The notes under the pieces are model-generated. The model was not told where the DNA came from and made no database searches. It saw only the letters and a list, made by a program, of their open reading frames with translations. From positions 1 to 23,511 of the forward strand of contig BTWA01000059.1 of NCBI GenBank assembly GCA_045863295.1: 23,511 bases of DNA. The letters are read 5' to 3'. The translations under genes and the position numbers were made by a program. Source of the DNA: Candidatus Hydrogenedentota bacterium (GTDB lineage: Bacteria; Hydrogenedentota; Hydrogenedentia; Hydrogenedentales; SLHB01). Every line of letters starts with the position of its first letter. Positions within the stretch are counted from its first letter, which is position 1. Below, one piece after another: positions 15,414 to 23,511 of this stretch.

Positions 15414-17227
15414 CATTGGACTCGTTGGACGCGCAAATAGGCCGGGCTGTTTCTCAACAATTGCCGCCGTGGTGCCGCCGTATTGTTATTGGCCGAGAAG
15501 AGACCGCTTCTTTTTCAGCACAATTGGAACACCTCCATCGGACCGTAGTTCGTTTATTTACCTACACGGCTGACGACGTGTCCGAATTCGACGCCGTATG
15601 CGGGCAATACGATACCCTTGAATCGGTCAAGACGGCAGCGTCCAAGTCGATATCATTACTCCATGCGTACGGGTTGTGGGTACTTGTGCATGTTCGACCC
15701 CTTGATAGACCTGATACGCTCATTCAATCCGATGCCGAACAATGGCTGATACGGTTGGGGTTGATCCCCTACTTCCGTACAACGCTTTCCACGGCCAAGG
15801 GTGATGCGATTGAGGAAATTGGATACGTGGTTGGCGCGGTGAAGGCCGCTTACAACCCGATCGCGCACGCGCGGTCACTTTTTGACGCGGGGTACCCGAC
15901 GCTTAGCTATGATGTGCTGGCACGAGTGCCGGCGGAGTTGCTGGAAACACCCGAAGATCGGGCCGCGGTAAAAGCCGAAATGCAACTCTGTCTGTTAAGC
16001 TGGGATCGAGTGAGCGACCCCAAAGATCGTCTGGCACGTTTTTATTTGAGTCAGGCGCACTTCTATGAGGCCGTATCCGAGGCGCCTTCGTATCGCCTGC
16101 CTTACATTATCCAATCCGAGTTCTGGCGCGATTTGGGCGATGCCGACATGGCTGAGAGAATCGTATCATCCTACAACTATCTATTTGGAGCCACCGAGCC
16201 GGTACTTCCCAATTCTTTGTCCAGTGCCCGATGTGTCAACGAATGTCCCGCTGTGCGAACATACTCAGGCCGGCCTTATCGGATCCTCTATTTGATTCAT
16301 CCCCGGCCACATTATGGATTGGATGTATTGTTTGACGGACTGTGCAGTCTCGTCGGTGATATCAACGTTACGGATTTCCCTTACAAACCGTGGCTGCATG
16401 GCGAACTGCCCAGGGAACATGCGCACTATCCGTGTACATTCAACCGGACTGGGCCTTCGGTACCTCTTGAGCAGGTCGTTTATGATCTCCGTTCAGGACA
16501 CTATGATTTTGTTCTAACCGGCAGCGCTCATCTTGGACTTGGATTGGAGACGATTACGGCAATCCGCGAAAACATCGGACAAGTGCCAGTGTTCGTTGTT
16601 GACGCCGAAGACGACCCCCGTGACAATTTTGCCCAGGTGCAAGAAGCCCTAGGGGTGCCGGGGCGCGCCTATTTCAAGCGCGAAATGCTATGTTGCCACG
16701 ACTATCCCGAGCCCACCTTCCCACTTCCGTTCGCCTATCCGGATCGCCTTATCCCATCGGACTCCGGCGGTAGTCGCACCAACCCCCTATTCTGGGCGGG
16801 ACACCGGAAGTTCGGCTTGCGGCGCCCCTATCTCGACCACATTGAGCGGCGCTTGGGATTGAGTTTGAGTCAAGACTATCCGCAGAACGAATATCGCGAG
16901 GCAATGTTAGCTTCCCTTGTCGGTCTGAACGTATTTGGGCTGGGGTATGACACAGTCCGATACTGGGAATTGCCCGCTCACGGCTGCATGCTGTTGTCCG
17001 ACAGGCTCCCGATCCACATACCTCACAATTTCGTTGATGGCTATTCCGCCGTTTTTTTCGATACGGCACACGATCTTGACGAAAAACTCGACTTCTACCT
17101 CGCCCACCCGGCTGAGGCGACGGACATTGCCGGGAACGGACACCAGCAGCTTCGGCAATTCCATTCCGGATCCGCGCGCGCAGGGCAATTACTTGGTTGG
17201 ATAGAGTGGTTGCTTTCCGTGTCGTAA
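15410..17227 (+). CDS. Glycosyltransferase (GT-B, CgeB/Glyco_trans_1_2-like C-terminus) with N-terminal helical extension
   Basis: Motifs VDAED, YFKREM, PLPFAYP, LFWAG, YREAMLASLVGLNVFGLGYDTVRYWELPAHGCMLLS and AGNGHQQLRQFHS...RA. ATGA overlap with the CAP gene. Confidence 0.8.
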   Translation: MTLDSLDAQIGRAVSQQLPPWCRRIVIGREETASFSAQLEHLHRTVVRLFTYTADDVSEFDAVCGQYDTLESVKTAASKSISLLHAYGLWVLVHVRPLDRPDTLIQSDAEQWLIRLGLIPYFRTTLSTAKGDAIEEIGYVVGAVKAAYNPIAHARSLFDAGYPTLSYDVLARVPAELLETPEDRAAVKAEMQLCLLSWDRVSDPKDRLARFYLSQAHFYEAVSEAPSYRLPYIIQSEFWRDLGDADMAERIVSSYNYLFGATEPVLPNSLSSARCVNECPAVRTYSGRPYRILYLIHPRPHYGLDVLFDGLCSLVGDINVTDFPYKPWLHGELPREHAHYPCTFNRTGPSVPLEQVVYDLRSGHYDFVLTGSAHLGLGLETITAIRENIGQVPVFVVDAEDDPRDNFAQVQEALGVPGRAYFKREMLCCHDYPEPTFPLPFAYPDRLIPSDSGGSRTNPLFWAGHRKFGLRRPYLDHIERRLGLSLSQDYPQNEYREAMLASLVGLNVFGLGYDTVRYWELPAHGCMLLSDRLPIHIPHNFVDGYSAVFFDTAHDLDEKLDFYLAHPAEATDIAGNGHQQLRQFHSGSARAGQLLGWIEWLLSVS

Positions 17228-17303
17228 TCCGGGCTTTACTCGGGTTTTGCCGGCGGAGTATTCTCCCCATGACTTTGCGCGGAGTTGCCGGAAGGGAGGA
17301 AGT

Positions 17304-19853
17304 ATGGCCGCAATTACCACTACCAATCCGAGTGCGCGGATTACCACGATTCTGGCCTCGGCGATTGCACTTTCCATTGGATGGGGCATTCGAGGCAACT
17401 TCGGCCACGAATATGGCGCGATGATGCCGGGATGTCTCGCGGCGATGGTAGTGTGCCTGATGTCCGGGCGCGAGGACTGGCGCAACCGTGTAGTCTATTT
17501 TGCCTTCTTCGGGGCGTTGGGTTGGGCGTTTGGCGCCTCCATCTCCTACATGCAGGTGATCTCCTACACCCATTCCGGCCACCTGCCGTCGCAGTTTTGG
17601 GGCTTCGGAGGTTTGTTTCTCATCGGATTCGTATGGGCAGGGATGGGCGGAGCAGGCACGGCCTTTCCGGCTGTCGTCTCGGACCAGTTCCTAACGCGGA
17701 TTTTCAAACCACTGTGCTGGGTATTTGTATTCTTCGCGGTCTATAAATACTGGGGCGAGGAGACCATCATTCGCGTGGCCTCCATTGAAAACTGGACTGC
17801 CAGCCGTCACGAGAGCCCGTTCTATTGGTTCGATACGGACTGGCTTCAGGCCTCGGTCGCTGCTGGCGCACTTTTATTGTACGATTTGTGGAACCGGCGC
17901 AATGAAAATGGCCGTATGACGATAGCGTCGGCCATTTTTGGGGCGCTTACCGGCTATGTGTTCGTATCCTTTCTACAATGGATCGTCAGCAATTCAAGTT
18001 CCTTCTTGCCCGCATGGGCGGCGTGTCTTTTGGCACTGATCGCGATTTTTATTGGCACATTGGCCAATCCCTCCAAGCGCAGCGGCCATCTCATCGTGGC
18101 TGGCATCGTGTTGCTGCTTGTCGCGGTGCTATTCGCTCACGGCATTTTCCGGCTCTTGGATATTCTCCCCTCCTGGCCTGTTTTGTACGTTTTCGTCTTG
18201 CTTGTATCTGTCCTTCTCTACGACTGTTGGAATCGCGATTTCGTCAATTTTCCGGGGCTAGTGACCTTTTCCGCAGTAGGGACGATTGCCGGGGCCATAC
18301 TGATCTGGCTATTGAGCGCTGTGAATCTCCTGGCGCCCATTGCGGAATTGTTGACTCGATCGGTGGCCGATCCAACCCTGTTTACTAAAGCTTTTGAGCA
18401 TGGCCTGCGCGACGAGGGCGTCTCCGATAGCGAACGAATTCTTCTTGCCCCATATCAGGGCAGCTTAAAAGCGTTCAGGGACAATCCCCCAGAAGGTTGG
18501 ACTGAAACGGATCCCGAGTTCACTTCAGCGGAAGCGTTGTTCACCCGTGTGCGCGAACTGGGAATAGCGCACACATCCTTTACTGAACAGCAGCATGAAC
18601 TCCTGCTTCAATACCATGGGGACCTGGACGCCTTCCTCGAGGACACGTTTGTCAATTGGCCCCAGATAGTGACAGACAACCGGTATGTGCAAGAAAAGAT
18701 CGGATGGATACTGGGTTGGCTTGGCGGCATCGCCCTTTACTATGCCTTGTACGGAAAATTTCAGAATGGTGCAAAGCTTTTGCTCTATATGTCATTGGGC
18801 TGGCTCATAGGTTTTTTGCTTCTCCCGGTATTGTTGGGCGTGCGGCTCACACCTCCGCGCAGTGATGACTGGGCCGGGATTCTAGGCGTTTGGATTGCCA
18901 CTATGATCTACTTGATCAGGAACAACCTTGCACCCATTGCCTACGCGTCGACTGTATGCGGGACCATTGGCGGGCTTGCATTTTCGGGTACGGCATTCCT
19001 CAAACTAGTCATGGTGCGTCCCGGCAATCCTCAATTGACGGGCGATGCGGAGGTGGTCAGTGCGTGGTCTCATTGGCAAAGCGCAAACTGGCATAGCTGG
19101 CTGGAGCAAACCTATGGATTTTTCAATGGGATCGGCGTCGCCATTGCGTTGGCTCTGATTGCGCGCAAGGTTGCACCGGTTTGCAGCGAACCCAAGTCCC
19201 GCCGCTGGACCGAGGTTTTCGCGGCGGCATTTGTAGTTTTTGGTTTAACGTACTTGAACTGGTTCAAAAACGTCGCCAACTGGATTGAGCACAACGCGGT
19301 TGAGGCTATCATGGCGATGCCGCTGATATCCGGCGTGGAGCATTCGGCGGAGTGGTGGTTCAACGTCGTATACGGTGCCGTGGCGATTGGCGGCATTCTG
19401 CTCATGATTCGTCACTTGACGCGTCCGCTTCCCTTTATCCCTTCAACCGCACTTGGCAAGGGCCAATTGCTGTTCCTGGTTTTTCTGTGGACGGTAGTGC
19501 TGTACAACCTGGATCGCGCAATACCTACCTTTGTTGCACAACGGCTTTTGACAGAGGCCGTGATCATCCTGAATGCAATACTGGTTTCGATGCTTGTGTT
19601 GCTGTTCAGCCGAGAGAAGGACACTAAGGCACATGTTCCCGCTCTAACCAAGCCGGTGCCTTATGGCCGAGCGCTATTGCTTGCTCTAACGGCGCTCGTT
19701 GCTGGAGTCTTGGTGGAAACGGCAGGCACACGGGCAATTTATGGGGACTCGTTCGCGAGCCATGCGGGCCGCAACGGTAACCCGCAAAGGCGATTTGGCC
19801 CGGATGCGGAATGGCGGATCGTTCCCTTGGCAAAGACCAAGAGTCACAATTGA
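17304..19853 (+). CDS. Conserved hypothetical polytopic membrane protein (~850 aa)
   Basis: GGAGG RBS and ATG 17304. Many Gly/aromatic-rich TM segments; conserved-looking motifs GWGIRGNFGHEYGAM, SISYMQ, RLTPPRSDDWAG and NWHSWLEQTYG. Confidence 0.85.
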   Translation: MAAITTTNPSARITTILASAIALSIGWGIRGNFGHEYGAMMPGCLAAMVVCLMSGREDWRNRVVYFAFFGALGWAFGASISYMQVISYTHSGHLPSQFWGFGGLFLIGFVWAGMGGAGTAFPAVVSDQFLTRIFKPLCWVFVFFAVYKYWGEETIIRVASIENWTASRHESPFYWFDTDWLQASVAAGALLLYDLWNRRNENGRMTIASAIFGALTGYVFVSFLQWIVSNSSSFLPAWAACLLALIAIFIGTLANPSKRSGHLIVAGIVLLLVAVLFAHGIFRLLDILPSWPVLYVFVLLVSVLLYDCWNRDFVNFPGLVTFSAVGTIAGAILIWLLSAVNLLAPIAELLTRSVADPTLFTKAFEHGLRDEGVSDSERILLAPYQGSLKAFRDNPPEGWTETDPEFTSAEALFTRVRELGIAHTSFTEQQHELLLQYHGDLDAFLEDTFVNWPQIVTDNRYVQEKIGWILGWLGGIALYYALYGKFQNGAKLLLYMSLGWLIGFLLLPVLLGVRLTPPRSDDWAGILGVWIATMIYLIRNNLAPIAYASTVCGTIGGLAFSGTAFLKLVMVRPGNPQLTGDAEVVSAWSHWQSANWHSWLEQTYGFFNGIGVAIALALIARKVAPVCSEPKSRRWTEVFAAAFVVFGLTYLNWFKNVANWIEHNAVEAIMAMPLISGVEHSAEWWFNVVYGAVAIGGILLMIRHLTRPLPFIPSTALGKGQLLFLVFLWTVVLYNLDRAIPTFVAQRLLTEAVIILNAILVSMLVLLFSREKDTKAHVPALTKPVPYGRALLLALTALVAGVLVETAGTRAIYGDSFASHAGRNGNPQRRFGPDAEWRIVPLAKTKSHN

Positions 19854-19863
19854 CCGCAAGACT

Positions 19864-20043
19864 TCAGGGTTTCAGTAGCCAGGTCCGGCTGTACTTCAAC
19901 CGGCCCATGGAGTACTTCTTTGGGTGAGTGATGATTTGCTCCACCTTGAAATTTCGTACGGTGGTCAACCACCACATTCGCATGCGCGAATTGGTTTTCA
20001 CCATCCCCGGCTTCAGAAAGGCGCTCGATCGCAGGAAGTCCAT
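19864..20043 (-). CDS. Small basic hypothetical protein (59 aa)
   Basis: 46 of 59 codons end in G/C by hand count, which is gene-like. It fills the intergenic gap without overlap and has a promoter-like element upstream. 13 K/R versus 2 D/E. Confidence 0.55.
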   Translation of the reverse strand: MDFLRSSAFLKPGMVKTNSRMRMWWLTTVRNFKVEQIITHPKKYSMGRLKYSRTWLLKP

Positions 20044-20101
20044 GCTCACCAACCCTTTATAAGGCCAACTACATCAGAGTGCAGAACAGAACCGTATGTA
20101 T

Positions 20102-20130
20102 AGTATACCTTGTTTTTCGAGAATTTGCAG
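20102..20130 (-). promoter_or_regulatory. Putative promoter CTGCAA-N17-TATACT for the small ORF
   Basis: On the minus strand, -10 TATACT at 20107-20102 and a weak -35 at 20130-20125, with a 17-nt spacer in AT-rich context. Confidence 0.4.
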
Positions 20131-20171
20131 GCTGAAAGGGTGAGCGACGGGGCTGGGGACCCGGGGAAATG

Positions 20172-20723
20172 CTAGAAATAGCGCGGAACCCGCTCCATAT
20201 ACGCCTTGTAGGAATCGCCGTAGAGCTTCAGGCAGGTCCGTTCTTCGAGGAGGACGGTGTGGTGCATGGTTGCCATAAGCAGTATTGTCGCCAGGATGAT
20301 GACCCACGACCCCATGGCCAAGCCTGCCCCTATCCAAGCGACGAAATGCGCCAAATACATGGGATGCCGGGAACGTCTATATAACCCTTTTTCGATTGGT
20401 CCGTCCATGGGCGCCGATCCATTATGAATAATGGTCAATGCATATACGACGAGACCACCCAGGAAAATCGGGATTCCGAGGTAGAACCCAATGGTGCCAA
20501 ACTTAATGGGTACAAAGGCCGCATATACCATCGGGGCGAAATACAGTTGTATCATGAGCCGGGCGGAGACCCATTCCCATTTGTTCATCTCTGGAATTCC
20601 GGTCATGCGTTGGATAGCTTCCCGGCTGCACCGCGCGGTCAATGCAAGGGTAACAATCCAATAGGCCGCCGTAAACCACCATCCGCTCCACCATCCGGGT
20701 TGTAACTCGGGCGTTAAAGGCAC
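20172..20723 (-). CDS. Isoprenylcysteine carboxyl methyltransferase (ICMT/PEMT) family membrane protein
   Basis: Motifs KGLYRRSRHPMYL and LEERTCLKLYGDSYKAYMERVPRYF, plus TM segments. GTG start at 20723 with GGGGAG RBS (alternative TTG 20768). Confidence 0.88.
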   Translation of the reverse strand: MPLTPELQPGWWSGWWFTAAYWIVTLALTARCSREAIQRMTGIPEMNKWEWVSARLMIQLYFAPMVYAAFVPIKFGTIGFYLGIPIFLGGLVVYALTIIHNGSAPMDGPIEKGLYRRSRHPMYLAHFVAWIGAGLAMGSWVIILATILLMATMHHTVLLEERTCLKLYGDSYKAYMERVPRYF

Positions 20724-20892
20724 GATCCAGCTCCCCCTACATTGAAAATCCTGGGGCGTTGTATCCAAGTTGTGGGAGTGAATTCAAACGGACACCATTG
20801 CGCTGGACCTGTTCGCCGTTGCACAATCCCTTGTTTGATCGGGTGACGGGGGGCCCGCTTGGGCTCTTGGTGCATGACGGAAGGGTCCTATT

Positions 20893-21783
20893 GTGAAACG
20901 ATTACTGGTAACGGGCGCGGGTGGATTTGTCGGGGCGCACGTGGTAAGAAACGCATTGCCAACGTGGGAAGTACACGGGCTGTCCGGCAAGCCACAGCCC
21001 GGTGCGCTGGAGGGAGCGCGCTGGCACGTGGGCGATATTGCGCACGGGGGCTATGTAAAGGAAACTCTGTATCATGTCAGGCCCGATGCCGTCGTGCACT
21101 GTGCGGCCATCGCCGATATCGACTACTGCGAAAGCCACAAAGACGATGCCGACCGGATCAATGTCGATGTGACCCGTGAAATCGCCGGCGTATGCCGTAC
21201 ACTTGGAATCCGGCTTGTGCATTGTTCCACGGATACTGTCTTTCAAGGCGAGCAAGGGCTGTACCGGGAAGACGACGCAGTGAATCCTGTCAATTACTAC
21301 GGTCAAACCAAGGTCAAAGCGGAACAAACCGTTCAACAGCAGCTAACGGACTACTCAATCGCCCGAATTGCGCTCGTTATGGGGTATCCCGTGGCTGGCG
21401 ATGGCAATTCATTTCTTGCGAAGTGGGTTAAGGCATGGACCGCGCATGCTTGTGTCGAGGTCCCGGAGAACGAAGTACGAACGCCAATTGACTGCCCGAC
21501 GCTCTCGCGCGCTCTGGTTGAACTGGCAGGCAGAAAAGAAACGGGCGTTTTTCATCTCGCGGGCGACGACTGCCTGAACCGTTTTGAAATAGCAAAGCGC
21601 GTTGCTTTGGCATTGGATTTCGATCCTGCGCTTGTCGAACCCACCGACAGCAGTCAGATGAAAGGACGCGCGCCCAGGCCACGGGATTGCTCGCTGGTAA
21701 ACGCACGGGCGCGATCACTATTGGCAACCCCGTTGTGCGGTCTGGAAGAGGGCCTGCGACGGATCATGATTGAAAGGAAGTAA
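20893..21783 (+). CDS. RmlD-like extended SDR (dTDP-4-dehydrorhamnose reductase family)
   Basis: Motifs LLVTGAGGFVG, PDAVVHCAA, STDTVFQG, YYGQTK (YxxxK), GVFHLAG and APRPRDCSL. Confidence 0.88.
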   Translation: MKRLLVTGAGGFVGAHVVRNALPTWEVHGLSGKPQPGALEGARWHVGDIAHGGYVKETLYHVRPDAVVHCAAIADIDYCESHKDDADRINVDVTREIAGVCRTLGIRLVHCSTDTVFQGEQGLYREDDAVNPVNYYGQTKVKAEQTVQQQLTDYSIARIALVMGYPVAGDGNSFLAKWVKAWTAHACVEVPENEVRTPIDCPTLSRALVELAGRKETGVFHLAGDDCLNRFEIAKRVALALDFDPALVEPTDSSQMKGRAPRPRDCSLVNARARSLLATPLCGLEEGLRRIMIERK

Positions 21784-21787
21784 GGCC

Positions 21788-22987
21788 GTGTCCGCTCCAG
21801 CCGTGAAGTTTGATTTGCAATACAAGTTTGGAAGCATCTACGACGAGTCAGATGAAGCAGCAGTAGCCGATGTGCTTCGCAAAAATGCCCCCACCAGCGG
21901 CGATGCGTGCATTGCGTTTGAGGAGCAATTTGCGCGTTATTGCGGGTCCAAGTATGCCCGAGCCACCAGCAACGGCACTGCATCTCTTTTTGTATCGCTT
22001 CTCGCCCTTGGAATTGGCAAAGGCGATCGCGTCATAACAACCCCGCTGACCTGGATAGCGACTGCCGCTGCCGCCGATACGCTTGGCGCGGAAGTTGTGT
22101 TTGCCGATATTGACCCTGATACCTGCAATTTGAATCCCGAAGAACTGGAAAAGGCGTTGACACCCAATACCAAGGCGGTGCTACCCGTGCATCTGTATGG
22201 CCAATGTTGCGCTATGGACGAGATTCTCGCGCTTTCCAAGGTTCATGGTTTCCAGATCGTCGAGGATGCCTGTCATACCGTGGGTGGAGAGTATAAAGGC
22301 CGCAAGGCGGGGAGTATGGGCGCGACCGGTTGTTTCAGCTTTCACGAGCAAAAGAATATGTCGACCCTTGGCGAGGGCGGCATGATCGTTACGGATGATT
22401 CAGGGCTGTTTGAGCGAATAGCCCTATACCGATCGCACTGTACGCGTGTTTACGGCAGCAGCACCAAGTATTGCTCCCTTGATGAAGCGAAACTGCCCAT
22501 GGGCAAGAAATTCTGGTGGCAGGATTTCGATGATTGCGGCTATAACTTCCGAATGACGGACATCCAAGCGGCCGTGGGCATCGTGCAACTGGGGAAGTTG
22601 GACGCCATGAATAATCGGCGCATTGCGATTGCATCGCAGTTGACGTCCGGGCTTTCGGCCGTCGAGGGATTGAAACTCCCTGTGGTACTGCCTCATTGCC
22701 GACACGTGTTTCATGCCTATCCCGTTCAGATAGACTCAGAACGCTTCGGGATGGGGAAAGAGGAATTCGTATGGCGCATGTTGTACGAACATGGCATACG
22801 GGTAGGTACTCACTATATCCCGTTGCATTGGACTACTGCTTTTCAGAACCGAGGGTTTCGTAGAGGGCAATTCCCTGTCGCCGATCAGGTGGCTGAACGG
22901 ATCGTGACGCTGCCCATTCACCCCAGGTTGACGGATGAAGCCGTGGATTATCTGATTCAGGCGGTTCGCACCTTATCCTCTCACTAG
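21788..22987 (+). CDS. DegT/DnrJ/EryC1/StrS family PLP-dependent (sugar) aminotransferase
   Basis: Motifs SNGTASL, GDRVIT, PVHLYG, VEDACH, FSFHEQKNMSTLGEGG (PLP lysine), GYNFRMTDIQAA and TLPIHP. GTG start 4 nt after the RmlD-like stop. Confidence 0.93.
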   Translation: MSAPAVKFDLQYKFGSIYDESDEAAVADVLRKNAPTSGDACIAFEEQFARYCGSKYARATSNGTASLFVSLLALGIGKGDRVITTPLTWIATAAAADTLGAEVVFADIDPDTCNLNPEELEKALTPNTKAVLPVHLYGQCCAMDEILALSKVHGFQIVEDACHTVGGEYKGRKAGSMGATGCFSFHEQKNMSTLGEGGMIVTDDSGLFERIALYRSHCTRVYGSSTKYCSLDEAKLPMGKKFWWQDFDDCGYNFRMTDIQAAVGIVQLGKLDAMNNRRIAIASQLTSGLSAVEGLKLPVVLPHCRHVFHAYPVQIDSERFGMGKEEFVWRMLYEHGIRVGTHYIPLHWTTAFQNRGFRRGQFPVADQVAERIVTLPIHPRLTDEAVDYLIQAVRTLSSH

Positions 22988-22997
22988 ACAGCGACGA

Positions 22998-23511
22998 TTA
23001 GACACAGACCTTGCCGAGTATTGTGGGCTTTTTTGCGCCGGTGGCTTTGGGCACATTTGAAGGCACGCCACAAAGAAACTCGTTGCCCAATATTGCAAAT
23101 GCCAACGCTTCCCGCGCGTCTCCCGGCATTCCTACATCGTCACTGAGAAACAAGGGTGTATCCGAAAGCCCGGCGCGAATCTGCTTAATCAGCGTCCTGT
23201 TGTGGGCGCCGCCGCCGCTCACAATGATACGTTTTACATCGTGATCGGGCAGGACAAAATCCTGTATGCCGCGCACAATGCTTCGCGATACGGCTTTCGT
23301 AACGGTGGCCAGTACATCTTGCACTGCGTGCAAATCCGGTTGTTCCAGAATTGAGTCGAGGTAGATTGTGGCATCAAATTCTTCGCGTCCTGTGCTCTTC
23401 GGCGGGTGCATGGCGAAGAATGGGTGACTCGACAGCTTTTCCAGCAGTGACTCGATGATCTGTCCACGGGCAGCTCCACTGCCATCCGGGTCGATGCGGT
23501 GCCTGCCTTTG
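22998..23511 (-). CDS. anmK: Anhydro-N-acetylmuramic acid kinase, C-terminal part (5' end outside the window)
   Basis: Open frame from the window edge: IDPDGSGAARG...HPFFAMHPPKSTGREEF...VSGGGAHN...AREALAFAILG...PSNVPKATGA. Confidence 0.92.
   Translation of the reverse strand, partial: KGRHRIDPDGSGAARGQIIESLLEKLSSHPFFAMHPPKSTGREEFDATIYLDSILEQPDLHAVQDVLATVTKAVSRSIVRGIQDFVLPDHDVKRIIVSGGGAHNRTLIKQIRAGLSDTPLFLSDDVGMPGDAREALAFAILGNEFLCGVPSNVPKATGAKKPTILGKVCV

Noticed and set aside
719..20723. Eukaryote-like CAAX processing pathway (CPBP protease + ICMT-like methyltransferase)
   Set aside because: The genes are ~19 kb apart in unrelated transcription units, both families are widespread in bacteria, and there is no prenyltransferase in the window.

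Overview
Bacterial genomic DNA, moderately GC-rich and gene-dense, with no rRNA, tRNA, CRISPR or transposase evident. Gene content and repeat types are suggestive of a Hydrogenedentota/PVC-like organism, which is an inference only. The window opens with a ~600-bp cluster of REP-like palindromes, including a ~161-bp unit repeated ~2.6 times. Then follow: a probably leaderless CPBP/Abi (CAAX-type) membrane protease; a divergent Rieske ferredoxin plus orphan helical protein; a tightly coupled FHA-GGDEF / SAM hydrolase (DUF62) / aroA operon; a Thr-type sulfatase-like lipoprotein; a GH38 alpha-mannosidase coupled to a ~1350-aa secreted YetA/RGLX-like + alpha/beta-hydrolase fusion; a CAP-domain lipoprotein; a glycosyltransferase; a large polytopic membrane protein with internal duplications; a small basic ORF; an ICMT-like methyltransferase; an RmlD-like reductase + DegT aminotransferase pair; and the 3' end of anmK. 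The most striking signal is the FHA-GGDEF protein. It keeps the catalytic residues but has Ser at the guanine-specifying Asp position (the Hypr/cGAMP-synthase signature), further changes in base-recognition residues, and an N-terminal TTxI tail. It is a candidate phosphothreonine-switched, non-c-di-GMP cyclic-dinucleotide synthase.
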